NCBI GenBank assembly: GCA_019894975.1
Contig: JAGXNO010000006.1
Location: 39,051-103,050, forward strand
DNA: 64,000 nucleotides
DNA from: Promethearchaeota archaeon
GTDB taxonomy: Archaea > Asgardarchaeota > Lokiarchaeia > Sigyniarchaeales > SOKP01
Direction of reading: 5' to 3'
Below the pieces are notes generated by a model, which saw only the letters and a list, made by a program, of their open reading frames with translations, had not been told where the DNA came from and searched no databases. Positions 20,121-29,738 of the stretch are shown here, piece after piece. Numbering within the stretch: position 1 is the stretch's first letter; the number at the start of each line of letters is the position of its first letter. A program made the position numbers and the translations under genes.

Positions 20121-20150
20121 TTTATTTTTTTTTATTATTTTTTATTTTTA
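20121..20150 (+). terminator. Putative U-rich archaeal terminator between convergent genes
   Basis: tttatttttttttattattttttattttta just downstream of the stop at 20097; similar tracts follow ileS (17785-17793) and the acyl-CoA ligase (~62302-62321). Confidence 0.4.
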
Positions 20151-20170
20151 GTCTTATGCTCTGATTGAAC

Positions 20171-21211
20171 TTAAGTTCTTTTTTCAAAATATTTTAGCCA
20201 ATACTTATACATTTCTTTAAGCGTTGTTTCAATAGGGGTAATTGGAACCCAACCCAAATCTTCTTTTATCTTAGTATTGTCTCCTATAACTATATCTTCA
20301 TCGGTTTTTCTAACTTTTTGAGGTGTATTCTTTATAACTTGTATTTTTTCTTTAGAAAAACTTAATATAATATCTAAAAGTCTGCGAATTTGAATTTTTT
20401 TATTCGAACATACATTATAAGTTTCTCCAGGTTTCCCCTTTAACGCTGCAAGCCATATTGCTTCTTTCGAATCTTTAATATCTGTGAAATCTCTATAAGG
20501 GTTTAAATTCCCAACTTGAATAATAGGTTCACTCTGTCCTAATTCGATTTTAGCTACTTTCCTTATAAAATCTGAAGGTGCATCATTAGTTCTTCGAATA
20601 CCTGTTTGATTAAAAAATCTGAGATTAATAATCTCAATTCCAAAATTAATATAATATTGACGAGCCAATAATTCAGTGGCAATTTTACTAATACCATATG
20701 GATGGATTGCTAATAGAGGATCATCCTCTTTCAGTGGTCGGTTGAGTTGAACGCTGGTACCATACTCTGCGCTCGTACAAGCAGTTACAACTCTCGTTTT
20801 TAATTTAAATTTTTTAATAGACTCAAAAATATTTATTGTTCCTATGATATTGGTTTTAATTGTTTCGATAGGTTCTTCCCAAGAACGTAAAATATAGGGT
20901 TGTGCTGCGAAATGAAATAGAATATCTGGTTCTACTTTTCTTATAATTTTTTCTAATAGAGTCGCATTCTTTATATCACACTCAAGGAGTGTAAATCTCT
21001 TATTAGCTGTTGGTATTTTAATTAATTCTCCGTGGAATTCTAACTTGTCATCATCTATAAAATTCAATTTGTTGTTGGTATAGTGAGATAAGTCTCTATA
21101 CTCTTGATTTGGGCGATCTATACCATAGAGTGCAATATTTTTTGTCATACAAAAATCGGTTAAATGAGACCCAATAAAACCGTTTACTCCGGTAATAAGA
21201 ATTTTTTCCAT
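20171..21211 (-). CDS. GDP-sugar SDR (GMD/RMD family; GDP-4-keto-6-deoxy-sugar reductase-like)
   Basis: TGVNGFIGSH, HFAAQ, TSAEYG, YGISK, RFFNQTG, VGNLNPYRDF. Confidence 0.8.
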   Translation of the reverse strand: MEKILITGVNGFIGSHLTDFCMTKNIALYGIDRPNQEYRDLSHYTNNKLNFIDDDKLEFHGELIKIPTANKRFTLLECDIKNATLLEKIIRKVEPDILFHFAAQPYILRSWEEPIETIKTNIIGTINIFESIKKFKLKTRVVTACTSAEYGTSVQLNRPLKEDDPLLAIHPYGISKIATELLARQYYINFGIEIINLRFFNQTGIRRTNDAPSDFIRKVAKIELGQSEPIIQVGNLNPYRDFTDIKDSKEAIWLAALKGKPGETYNVCSNKKIQIRRLLDIILSFSKEKIQVIKNTPQKVRKTDEDIVIGDNTKIKEDLGWVPITPIETTLKEMYKYWLKYFEKRT

Positions 21212-21240
21212 TTCTCTTCACAGTTGTTATTTTTGCTATT

Positions 21241-22374
21241 TTATTTCAATAAATTTTTTTCTTTAAGTTCTTTAAAGGCACTTTCAGTCTTATCTATAGA
21301 TACATTTCCTTGTAATTCAATCCATTTAATATATTCTTCAATTCCTTGTTTAAAAGAAACTTTTGGGTCATAACCTAACGTGTTTTTAATTTTTGAAATA
21401 TCTGCTACACAATGTCTTACGTCTCCAACTCTATATTGTTGATTATAGATGGGTTTTAATGTAGGATTAATTTTGTCTGTTATTATTTCTGCTACTTCTC
21501 GAATAGTTATTGGGATCCCTGTACCAACATTAAAGATCTTACCATTAGCTGCTTGATTGTTTAAAGCTAATAGTGAAGCCTGACATACATCACTAACATT
21601 GACGAAATCTCTCGATTGTAAACCATCTTCAAAAACAATTGGATGATTGCCGTTCAACAATCTTGAACTAAAAATCGAACAAACACCAGTATAAGGATTT
21701 GATAGAGCTTGTCTTGGTCCATAAACTAAAAAATATCTCAGGATAGCAATATTTATGCCAAATACCTCCCCAATCATCAAACTCATTTCTTCTTGAACTT
21801 TCTTTGATAAAGCATAAATAGAACTAGGATCATAGGGCGTGTTTTCGTCCGTAAGAGCAGGTTTTACTTTACCTCCACAATCGGGGCAATTTAACTCCCA
21901 ATCTTTCTTTTTTAACTGATTAGGAAGTCTTAATTTAGGATAAATTACCCCGCATTTAGGGCAAAGAGCTTTTCCGTCGCCATAAACTGTATTAGATGAT
22001 GCTATTATAACCTTTCTTATATTATGTTCTGAATTAACAAGAATATTGAGTAGATTAGCCATACCATTAATGTTATTATCAATATAATTACTAATTTGAT
22101 ACATAGATTGTCCTACTCCCACCCTTGCAGCTAAATGGAATATAATATCATTTGATTTAACCACTTCTTCAAATTTTTCATAATTGGTTACTGAACCTCT
22201 GATGAACCGAGCTTCTTTATTCAAGTAATCTGGAAGATTATCATTCTTACCGTGAACCTGCTCCTCTAGTTGATCATAGACAGTAACAACATAATCGGTA
22301 TTTTCTATCAAGAAATCAACTAAATGGGATCCAATGAATCCTGCCCCACCAGTAATTAAAATTTTTTTTGCCAT
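21241..22374 (-). CDS. NAD-dependent epimerase/dehydratase with CxxC..CxxC insertion
   Basis: TGGAGFIGSH, HLAARVGVGQSMY, CPKC/CPDC insertion, YALSK, YGPRQALSNPYTGV. Confidence 0.88.
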   Translation of the reverse strand: MAKKILITGGAGFIGSHLVDFLIENTDYVVTVYDQLEEQVHGKNDNLPDYLNKEARFIRGSVTNYEKFEEVVKSNDIIFHLAARVGVGQSMYQISNYIDNNINGMANLLNILVNSEHNIRKVIIASSNTVYGDGKALCPKCGVIYPKLRLPNQLKKKDWELNCPDCGGKVKPALTDENTPYDPSSIYALSKKVQEEMSLMIGEVFGINIAILRYFLVYGPRQALSNPYTGVCSIFSSRLLNGNHPIVFEDGLQSRDFVNVSDVCQASLLALNNQAANGKIFNVGTGIPITIREVAEIITDKINPTLKPIYNQQYRVGDVRHCVADISKIKNTLGYDPKVSFKQGIEEYIKWIELQGNVSIDKTESAFKELKEKNLLK

Positions 22375-22549
22375 AAAAAAAATATCTCTAAATTTATAGC
22401 TTTAAATAGTTTATAAGATTTGATTTAAAATAAGGAATTTGATAATACAATTAATAATTCGTTGAGAATTCAACATTAATGAGTTAATTCAGTTATATTA
22501 AATTATAAAGAATAAAACTAATTAATCTTAATTTCATTAATAAATTAGA

Positions 22550-23521
22550 ATGAACTTTAAAGAAAAGAATGTATTGGTGACGGGGGCAGCAGGATTTATA
22601 GGAAGTAACTTAACTATAGAGTTAGTTAATTTAGGTGCCAATGTAATTGGTTTTGACAATTTATTCAATGGTAGAATCGAAAATATAGAAGAAATTTTAG
22701 AAAATAAGTCCTTTAAATTTATTAAAGGAGACATAAGAGATTTTAATTTTTTATTAGAAGTATTTGAAGGTATAGATATAATCTACCATGTAGCTGCTTT
22801 TACAAGTGTTCCCCAATCAGTTCTAATGCCCGAATCTTGTAATGATGTTAATGTAAATGGTACTCTAAATGTATTAAATGCTGCTAGGAAAAGGGATATT
22901 GAAAAAATTATATATTCTTCAAGTTCTTCTGTTTATGGAGATACTCCTACTCTTCCCAAAAAAGAAGATATGCCAAGACATCCCATCTCTCCCTATGGAG
23001 TATCAAAATTAGCTTGTGAAGGATATATGCAAGTTTTTCACAAAATCTATGGTTTAAGAACTTTATCTTTACGATATTTTAATGTTTTTGGACCAAGACA
23101 AAAAGATTCACCTTATAGTGGAGTCATTGCCATATGGCTTGGAAGATTACTTAATAATAAAGATTTAATAATATTTGGAAATGGAGAACAATCTAGAGAT
23201 TTCACTTACGTAAAAGATGTTGTTCACGCTAATCTACTAGCTGCAGAACAAGGCATCTCGGGAGAGATTATAAATATAGGAGCAGGTGCTCCAATCACCT
23301 TATCAAATTTAGCAAAATTAATGTTAAAGTTGACAAAAAAAGAAAAGTTAAATATAAGTTATACGGATACTAGGTCTGGGGATATTTTTCATAGTTATGC
23401 AGATATTTCTAAGGCGAAAGAACTCTTAAATTTTCAACCAAAATTTAATCAAGAAGAAGGACTTAAAGACTACTTTAATTGGTACTGTCATAAATATAAA
23501 GTTAGTTTAGATCTGAACTAA
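22550..23521 (+). CDS. UDP-GlcNAc/UDP-Glc 4-epimerase (WbpP-like SDR)
   Basis: TGAAGFIGSN, SVPQS, SSSSVYGD, YGVSK, RYFNVFGPRQ..SPYSGVI. Confidence 0.88.
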   Translation: MNFKEKNVLVTGAAGFIGSNLTIELVNLGANVIGFDNLFNGRIENIEEILENKSFKFIKGDIRDFNFLLEVFEGIDIIYHVAAFTSVPQSVLMPESCNDVNVNGTLNVLNAARKRDIEKIIYSSSSSVYGDTPTLPKKEDMPRHPISPYGVSKLACEGYMQVFHKIYGLRTLSLRYFNVFGPRQKDSPYSGVIAIWLGRLLNNKDLIIFGNGEQSRDFTYVKDVVHANLLAAEQGISGEIINIGAGAPITLSNLAKLMLKLTKKEKLNISYTDTRSGDIFHSYADISKAKELLNFQPKFNQEEGLKDYFNWYCHKYKVSLDLN

Positions 23522-23569
23522 CTTGGTTAATGCAAGAAAATATCTTATCTTTTTGATAGTTATTAGCTA

Positions 23570-24100
23570 TTATGGTAGAAAACCCATTTCATTCAACGAC
23601 TTTAAAATAATTTTTTTACTTTCTTCAACTGTCTGTTTATCCGTTTCTACAACTATATCCGCATTGTCAGGATCTTCGAAAGGATGGTCAATCCCTGTAA
23701 AGTCTTTTATCTCACCTGCTCGTGCTTTCGCGTACATTCCTTTTACATCTCTATTTTCACATTCTTCAATAGAGCACCTAACATAAACAAGAATATAATT
23801 CTCGATTTCATTTCGAGAATATGCTCTTATCTTGTTATAAGGAGAAACGAAAGATGCAAGGACAGCAACCCCATTACGAGATAGTAATTTTGCTACAAAA
23901 GTCACTCTTTCAATATTCATATTTCGATCTTCTTCTGTAAATCCCAAATCTCTCGTTAAACTCTTTCGAACGATATCACCATCCAATCTTTCAACTTTCA
24001 TTCCTTTCTTTTTCAGTTCATCAGCTAGGACATCTGCCAGTACAGTTTTTCCAGAACATGGAAGTCCGGTAAACCATAACGTAAACCCTTTATGTTCCAT
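23570..24100 (-). CDS. cysC: Adenylyl-sulfate (APS) kinase
   Basis: WFTGLPCSGKT P-loop, LDGDIVR, DLGF, RDVKGMY, FTGIDHPFE. Confidence 0.95.
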   Translation of the reverse strand: MEHKGFTLWFTGLPCSGKTVLADVLADELKKKGMKVERLDGDIVRKSLTRDLGFTEEDRNMNIERVTFVAKLLSRNGVAVLASFVSPYNKIRAYSRNEIENYILVYVRCSIEECENRDVKGMYAKARAGEIKDFTGIDHPFEDPDNADIVVETDKQTVEESKKIILKSLNEMGFLP

Positions 24101-24117
24101 TCTATATTTTACCTCTT

Positions 24118-25506
24118 TTATAAATTAATTACATTTCCTTCGAAATCTAATGGTATTTTTACACCTAAAATGTTCAAGGAAGTAGGTGCTATGTCTAAGA
24201 TACTTCTTTCTCCTAAATCTTTTCCTATCTTCTTTTTTGGATCAAAAATTATATAAACTCCATGCCAGTCATGAACAGCATCATCAGGGCCAGTATCATT
24301 CTCATCAAGATACATTGAATCATACCCCACTGTTCCTGCTGATCTCCAATTTAAATTATCAAAATATACTAATAAATCAGGAGCATCTCCACGAATAATT
24401 TCGTATAATTCTTCCGGTTTGTACACTTTTGTATTCATAGGTTTTCCATTAGCATCCTTAATAGTCTTTAATTTTTTTGCGATTTCATTTCGAATGGTTT
24501 CATAATCTTCTTCTTTGATTATACCATTAATCTCTCTTCCTTCTAAATTCAAGAAAATTCGAGCATAATATCCTCCCCAACCCCAAGCATAAGTATTATC
24601 CCAATCTATATCAGCATTTTCAATTCTAGTTTTAGATTGTGGTTTAGTTTTGAATTTTAATAATCCTAATTTTTCTAAAGCCATATTTACACAGATTAAT
24701 CCTTTCATGGCCTTAGCACCATGATCAGATACAATCATTACTGATGTCTCTTCGTTTAATAATTCCAATATTTCTCCAATTTCATTGTCTAAGTATGAAT
24801 AGTACTTTTTCATCTCATTTTCGAATATATTACCCTCCTCATATTTTGGATGCTCTTTATCATAGAATTTCCAAAAAGCGTGATGAAATCTATCTAAACC
24901 AATAATTACAAAATGAAAGTAATCCCATTCTTTTGTTTGTAGTAAGTATCTGACTGTTTTGAATTGCATTCGTGTCATTTTATAAATTTCGTCTAGTAGA
25001 ACCTCTTTTTTCTCAACTCTGAAGTTAACATCAAAAATATATTCCCCGATATTTTCTTGGATTTCTTCTTTTAATTCTGGAGGATACGTAAATTCTGTAG
25101 TATTATCTGGAGTTATAAACCCAGAAACAAGACATCCATTAATTTTCTGAACAGGATATGTAGGAGGTATTCCCAATATACACGATTTTAATCCTTTTTC
25201 GCCAATAATATCCCAAACTTTTTGCTCCCTTATGTTGTAGGAAGATGCTATCCAAAAGTCATTATATGAATTTTCTTTTCTGTGTCTAAAACCATATAAA
25301 CCTAATGTTCCAGCTTTTTTTCCTGTAGCCATTACCATCCAAGCAGGAATTGTAATTGGAGGATCCGACGTTCTGAGTTTCCCGTAAACTCCTAATTTCA
25401 TTAGTTTCGATATATTGGGACAATTTTCCTTAAAATCTTCAAATAAGGTTTTTGGAGCTGCGCAATCTAACCCAATAATAACTAGCTTTTTTTTTTTTTT
25501 TGGCAT
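24118..25506 (-). CDS. Alkaline phosphatase superfamily, nucleotide pyrophosphatase/phosphodiesterase-like protein
   Basis: IIGLDCA, PPITIPAW (Thr nucleophile), DRFHH, VSDHG, DDAVH, DIAPT. Confidence 0.85.
   Translation of the reverse strand: MPKKKKKLVIIGLDCAAPKTLFEDFKENCPNISKLMKLGVYGKLRTSDPPITIPAWMVMATGKKAGTLGLYGFRHRKENSYNDFWIASSYNIREQKVWDIIGEKGLKSCILGIPPTYPVQKINGCLVSGFITPDNTTEFTYPPELKEEIQENIGEYIFDVNFRVEKKEVLLDEIYKMTRMQFKTVRYLLQTKEWDYFHFVIIGLDRFHHAFWKFYDKEHPKYEEGNIFENEMKKYYSYLDNEIGEILELLNEETSVMIVSDHGAKAMKGLICVNMALEKLGLLKFKTKPQSKTRIENADIDWDNTYAWGWGGYYARIFLNLEGREINGIIKEEDYETIRNEIAKKLKTIKDANGKPMNTKVYKPEELYEIIRGDAPDLLVYFDNLNWRSAGTVGYDSMYLDENDTGPDDAVHDWHGVYIIFDPKKKIGKDLGERSILDIAPTSLNILGVKIPLDFEGNVINL
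25487..25501 (-). repeat. 15-nt poly(A) tract (coding strand) in codons 2-7 of the AP-superfamily gene
   Basis: Run of 15 T on the + strand; reads ATG CCA AAA AAA AAA AAA AAG (MPKKKKK). Confidence 0.9.
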
Positions 25507-25559
25507 GGTTTCTTACATTTTATATTAAAATCATTTTTTTAAAGGTTGAGAATAAAATT

Positions 25560-26708
25560 TTAAACTACAAACGGATGGTCATATTTTAAAATCACCTCAG
25601 CGATCTCGGGACGCATCACTTCTATGCTAGGTGATTTTCCTGTCTGTAATGCTGCTCTTATCTCTCTGCCTGCAAAGTAATTCTGCATTTCAGGTGGATG
25701 AGGACAAATTTTATCATTGACAACTGCATTGCATTTGCTACACTTTGAAAAGGATCTAAACTTGATTGGTTCAATTCCTAAATCTGGAAAGTTATCAAAG
25801 ATGTAATGAGCATCGTATGGCCCATAATAGTCTCCTACTCCCGCATGATCTCTTCCAATAATAATGTGATCGCATCCAAAATTTTTTCTTGCTATTGCAT
25901 GGAAAATTGCTTCTTTAGGACCGGCATATCTCATCTCAGTTTCGAACGTGCTTAATACAACCCTATTCTTAGGATAATATTCTTTAATTAATGCCTTATA
26001 TGATTCAATTATCACTTCATCTAAGAAATCTCCTTTTTTCTTCTTCCCGATAACGGGGTTTATAAAAAGTCCATCAACATAGGTTAATCCTGCTTTTTGA
26101 ACATACTCATGACCTAGGTGTGGGGGATTTCTTGTTTGAAATGCAACGACTCTATCCCATCCTTTTTCTTTAAATAGTACTCTTGTTTCAACTGGTTTTA
26201 AATCCAAATCTGGGAAATTTGCTTTAGGTTCATTAATTAAGTAAATTTCACCTCCAATGAGTTTTTCTTCGTAATTATAAACATCATTTACTCCTGGATG
26301 GTTTTGATCTAATGTACCATACGTTTTTTCAGCGTATTGCTTTTTTTCATAGCTATATATCGTTTGTACATTCATGAGAGCTATTGGAATATCATTAGTA
26401 TCTGTAAGAATAATTTGATCATCAGGTTTTATGCTCTTCGCCTCTTTAATAGGAAGATCTAGGGTAATTGGAAACGGCCATGCAATATCATTCTCTAAGT
26501 ACATAGTATCTAGTGTGTAATAAAAGTCATTTTCGTTCATAAATCCCTCTAAAGGACTATAAACTCCAAAGGAAATATTTTTAATCACTTTCAATGTTTC
26601 TGGTCTAACAGGAAACTTCGTAAATTCATGCATTTCCTCCAATATTCTATCTTTTTCAATTTTGGGCAAAACTTTATTAACCAATGTGCCTCCATGTGGT
26701 TTAATCAT
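25560..26708 (-). CDS. sat: Sulfate adenylyltransferase (ATP sulfurylase, Sat type)
   Basis: PHGG, SPLEGFM, AFQTRNPPHLGHE, MRYAGPKEA, GRDHAGVG. Confidence 0.96.
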   Translation of the reverse strand: MIKPHGGTLVNKVLPKIEKDRILEEMHEFTKFPVRPETLKVIKNISFGVYSPLEGFMNENDFYYTLDTMYLENDIAWPFPITLDLPIKEAKSIKPDDQIILTDTNDIPIALMNVQTIYSYEKKQYAEKTYGTLDQNHPGVNDVYNYEEKLIGGEIYLINEPKANFPDLDLKPVETRVLFKEKGWDRVVAFQTRNPPHLGHEYVQKAGLTYVDGLFINPVIGKKKKGDFLDEVIIESYKALIKEYYPKNRVVLSTFETEMRYAGPKEAIFHAIARKNFGCDHIIIGRDHAGVGDYYGPYDAHYIFDNFPDLGIEPIKFRSFSKCSKCNAVVNDKICPHPPEMQNYFAGREIRAALQTGKSPSIEVMRPEIAEVILKYDHPFVV

Positions 26709-26749
26709 TATTTACACAACCTTTTTTATTTTATCAAGTGGTCCATTAT

Positions 26750-26989
26750 TCAATCGATATATCCTAAGTCTCGTAATCTGCTTTTGACTTTTTCTTCTTC
26801 TTCTTTAGTAAAGGCTTGTTTTGAGCGCTCTTCTTCTTCAATAGAAGAAAGTACCTGCCTCAATATATATGTAACATAGCTTGAAACACTAGCAAAACCA
26901 GTACCTTTCATTCTTTCTTTTATTTTCTTAGCTAACGGTTTAGGAATCGACACTGTTGTATATTCCACTTTATACTCATCTTCAGTCAT
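26750..26989 (-). CDS. Ribbon-helix-helix (CopG-like) protein with C-terminal RLRDLGY tail
   Basis: YTTVSIPKPLAKKIKERM..GFASVSSYVTYILR (RHH pattern), followed by EEEEKVKSRLRDLGYID. Confidence 0.8.
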   Translation of the reverse strand: MTEDEYKVEYTTVSIPKPLAKKIKERMKGTGFASVSSYVTYILRQVLSSIEEEERSKQAFTKEEEEKVKSRLRDLGYID

Positions 26990-27076
26990 AATTACTTACC
27001 TTGTTAAGATATTTATTGTTAATATACATATCATTATATTTAATGCTATGTAATGATAGATAATTAAAATGTATTA

Positions 27077-27298
27077 TTGAACTTTATAAAATTTATTTAT
27101 GTCAATACAGATTCTAAACTTGGGGATATTTTACACAGTTATAGAACTCAGAACAAATTAACATTTTTAATTGATATTGATGGAGGAGTAAATTTTAAGA
27201 ATGCAATAATACTACATACAGACATTTTAACTAGCGTTAGTACTATTTTAAAAGCTGAAGACCTAAATTATATTATACAACAATTAAAAAAGCCTTAA
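27077..27298 (+). pseudogene. C-terminal remnant of ribulose-phosphate 3-epimerase (rpe-like)
   Basis: LIDIDGGVNFKNA...DILTSVSTILKAEDLNYIIQQLK resembles the RPE C-terminus (VDGGIN...AD..V.GS.IF.AED); the N-terminal two thirds are absent. Confidence 0.55.
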
Positions 27299-27360
27299 AT
27301 TTCTAAAGAGGATAGGAATGGTAAGTATAGAAATTCCCTCCTTATTTACCTTCATAAATC

Positions 27361-28143
27361 TTATCCGAATCTAGCATAAATATCTCCACAAAGGAGATCA
27401 TCTGGATCTGAATTTAAAATTTCACATAATTTTTCTCTGGAAGACCATGTTTGTTGATTAAAACTATATCTTTCATCTTTGACATAATTAAATTTAACTT
27501 TTCCAAAAGATTCTAAAAGTTTCATACACGTCAGCGCATCATCAATAAATTCTTTAGTGAATTCAAAACTAATTATTGGGATCTTTTGGGAGAGACCCTT
27601 CAGCACTTCAACTTCAAATCCTTCAACATCTATTTTGCAGAATTTTGGCAATCCATACAATTTAATTAAGTGGTCTAATGTTGTAATTTCAACTTTTTGT
27701 TTAATCGTCCACTCATGATCTTTTGAAAATCTACCTTCTTTCTTCCACTTCTCTGATAATGTAGCAATTGCTTTTGCATCCTCACATATTGAGATCGTGC
27801 TTATACATTCCTTTTCTCCTAGAGCTTTTCTAACTATCATTACCCTTTTATTCTTTCCAAATCTTGAATATAGATCTTTTAAACATTGTAATTGTGGTTC
27901 AACAGATACTACATGTGTTTTCATTCTTAAAAAATTCATTGTATACTCTCCTAAATTTGCTCCAATATCAAAAACCAAATCTCCCTTTTGTAGAAATTGT
28001 GAATAAAAGGAAACCATCTGAAAATATTCTTTAATCTCCCATGGAAAAAAGGATTTATATTTCAAAAAGAAGTTTCTTAAGTGAGGATAAACTGTAGAAT
28101 TTCCAAGGATTCTTCTAATTTGAGTTCTTACCTTAAAAATCAT
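27361..28143 (-). CDS. FkbM-family methyltransferase
   Basis: FDIGANLG, VEPQ, KIDVEGFEVEVLKG. Confidence 0.9.
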   Translation of the reverse strand: MIFKVRTQIRRILGNSTVYPHLRNFFLKYKSFFPWEIKEYFQMVSFYSQFLQKGDLVFDIGANLGEYTMNFLRMKTHVVSVEPQLQCLKDLYSRFGKNKRVMIVRKALGEKECISTISICEDAKAIATLSEKWKKEGRFSKDHEWTIKQKVEITTLDHLIKLYGLPKFCKIDVEGFEVEVLKGLSQKIPIISFEFTKEFIDDALTCMKLLESFGKVKFNYVKDERYSFNQQTWSSREKLCEILNSDPDDLLCGDIYARFG

Positions 28144-28232
28144 ATTATGATATGAAATGAGAAAAGTGTTTAATATATTATTTAGTATCCTTCAAATTAT
28201 AATAAATTTATTTTAGAAGAAATCTTATAATT

Positions 28233-28676
28233 TTAGTATAGAAACGGAAAACGAGCTTGCCAACCTCGTAGAAATACATTTAAATTAGGTATCATTTTCA
28301 TAGCTGGCTTTAATGTCAAATACGGTAAAGGATATAATCCTAATTTCCAAAAAAACAAACATAACTTTCTATTCAGTGTTTTAATTTTTGATACAACTGG
28401 ATTCTTATATATTGGGAAAGGTTTAAAACCTTCTTTCTTTAAAAACTCTCTTTCAATTGAAGTTATTTTTCCCAAAACCCATAATAAAGAATTTGATTTA
28501 AGTGATTTTGAGATATATTTCACTAAAAATTTCAATTCACTCTGATTTTCTATTGTTTCTAAAATTCCAATATCATAAGAATGCCATTTTTGATTCCTAT
28601 TTTATATTGTAGTTTTTATTTGATTGGACTCAAAATTGAAAACTTAGCCAGAACTAATCAAATCCCCATTTGTGAA
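28233..28676 (-). pseudogene. Degraded gene remnant of unknown family
   Basis: The 100-aa ORF continues upstream in frame as protein-like sequence (FTNGDLISSG*VFNFESNQIKTTI*NRNQKWHSYDIGILE...) with TAA stops at 28644-46 and 28602-04; no in-frame ATG before the gmd stop. Confidence 0.45.
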
Positions 28677-29738
28677 TTATTCATTAAAAGATTTCATGTA
28701 ATTTATTTTTTTAACATTCTCTAAATCAGCGTTGACCATAATTTCGATTAATTCATTGAAATTTACTTTTGGATGCCAATTTAATTCTTTTTTTGCTTTT
28801 GATGAATCACCTAATAAAAAATTTACATCTAATGGGCGATAAAATTTTGGAATGACCTCAATTATGATTTTTCCAGTATTAGAATCTATTCCCTTTTCAT
28901 TAATTCCTTCTCCTTGCCATTCAATATCAAAATCAAGTAGTTTTGCCGCTTTTTCAGCAAATTCCCTAACAGTATGGGTTTCATTAGTCGCTATAACAAA
29001 ATCATCGGCTTTATCATTTTGTAATATTAACCACATTGCTTCAACATAATCTTTAGCATACCCCCAATCTCGTTTAGCATCAAGATTTCCTAAAAACAGC
29101 TTTTCTTGAAGCCCTAATTTAATCCTTGCTAAAGATAAGGTGATTTTCCGTGTAACAAAATTTTCACCTCTTCTCGGAGACTCATGATTAAAAAGAATTC
29201 CATTACACGCAAACATATTGTATGCTTCTCGATAAACTCTAGTCATATAATAAGCAAAGGCTTTTGCACATCCATAAGGACTGCTTGGTAGAAAAGGGGT
29301 TACCTCATTTTGAATCTGATTTGAACTATTCCCAAACATTTCTGAACTTGAAGCTTGATAGAATTTAGTCTTAATAGTAAAATCTTTAAGTGCATCCAAT
29401 ATTCTAACAACTCCTAACCCTACAACATCACATGTATATTCTGGAATTTTAAAACTTACACCCACATGACTCTGTGCAGCTAAATTATAAATTTCATCTG
29501 GTTTACATTTTCTAATTATTCTATTTAAAGAACTTGAATCTCCCATATCCCCGTAAAATATTTCAATATTCTCAGTATTGTAATTATATGTTTTGTAGTA
29601 CAAACTTTCAATTCTCTCTCTATTCATAATGCTTGAACGCCGAACAATTCCATATACTTTATATCCCTTTTTAATTAAAAATTCAGTTAAGAATGACCCA
29701 TCTTGTCCTGTTATTCCAGTTATTAATGCCCTTTTCAG
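28677..29738 (-). CDS. gmd: GDP-mannose 4,6-dehydratase (start extended to CTG at 29738)
   Basis: In-frame upstream of the ORF-track start: (L)KRALITGITGQDGSFLTEFLIKKGYKVYGIVRRSS; NLAAQSHV, QASSSEMFG, SPYGCAK, NHESPRRGENFVTRK. Confidence 0.95.
   Translation of the reverse strand: MKRALITGITGQDGSFLTEFLIKKGYKVYGIVRRSSIMNRERIESLYYKTYNYNTENIEIFYGDMGDSSSLNRIIRKCKPDEIYNLAAQSHVGVSFKIPEYTCDVVGLGVVRILDALKDFTIKTKFYQASSSEMFGNSSNQIQNEVTPFLPSSPYGCAKAFAYYMTRVYREAYNMFACNGILFNHESPRRGENFVTRKITLSLARIKLGLQEKLFLGNLDAKRDWGYAKDYVEAMWLILQNDKADDFVIATNETHTVREFAEKAAKLLDFDIEWQGEGINEKGIDSNTGKIIIEVIPKFYRPLDVNFLLGDSSKAKKELNWHPKVNFNELIEIMVNADLENVKKINYMKSFNE

Noticed and set aside
21241-22374. CxxC..CxxC insertion in an NDP-sugar epimerase as a novelty
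   Set aside because: Matches a known widespread SDR subfamily (GVGQSMY / NPYTGV).
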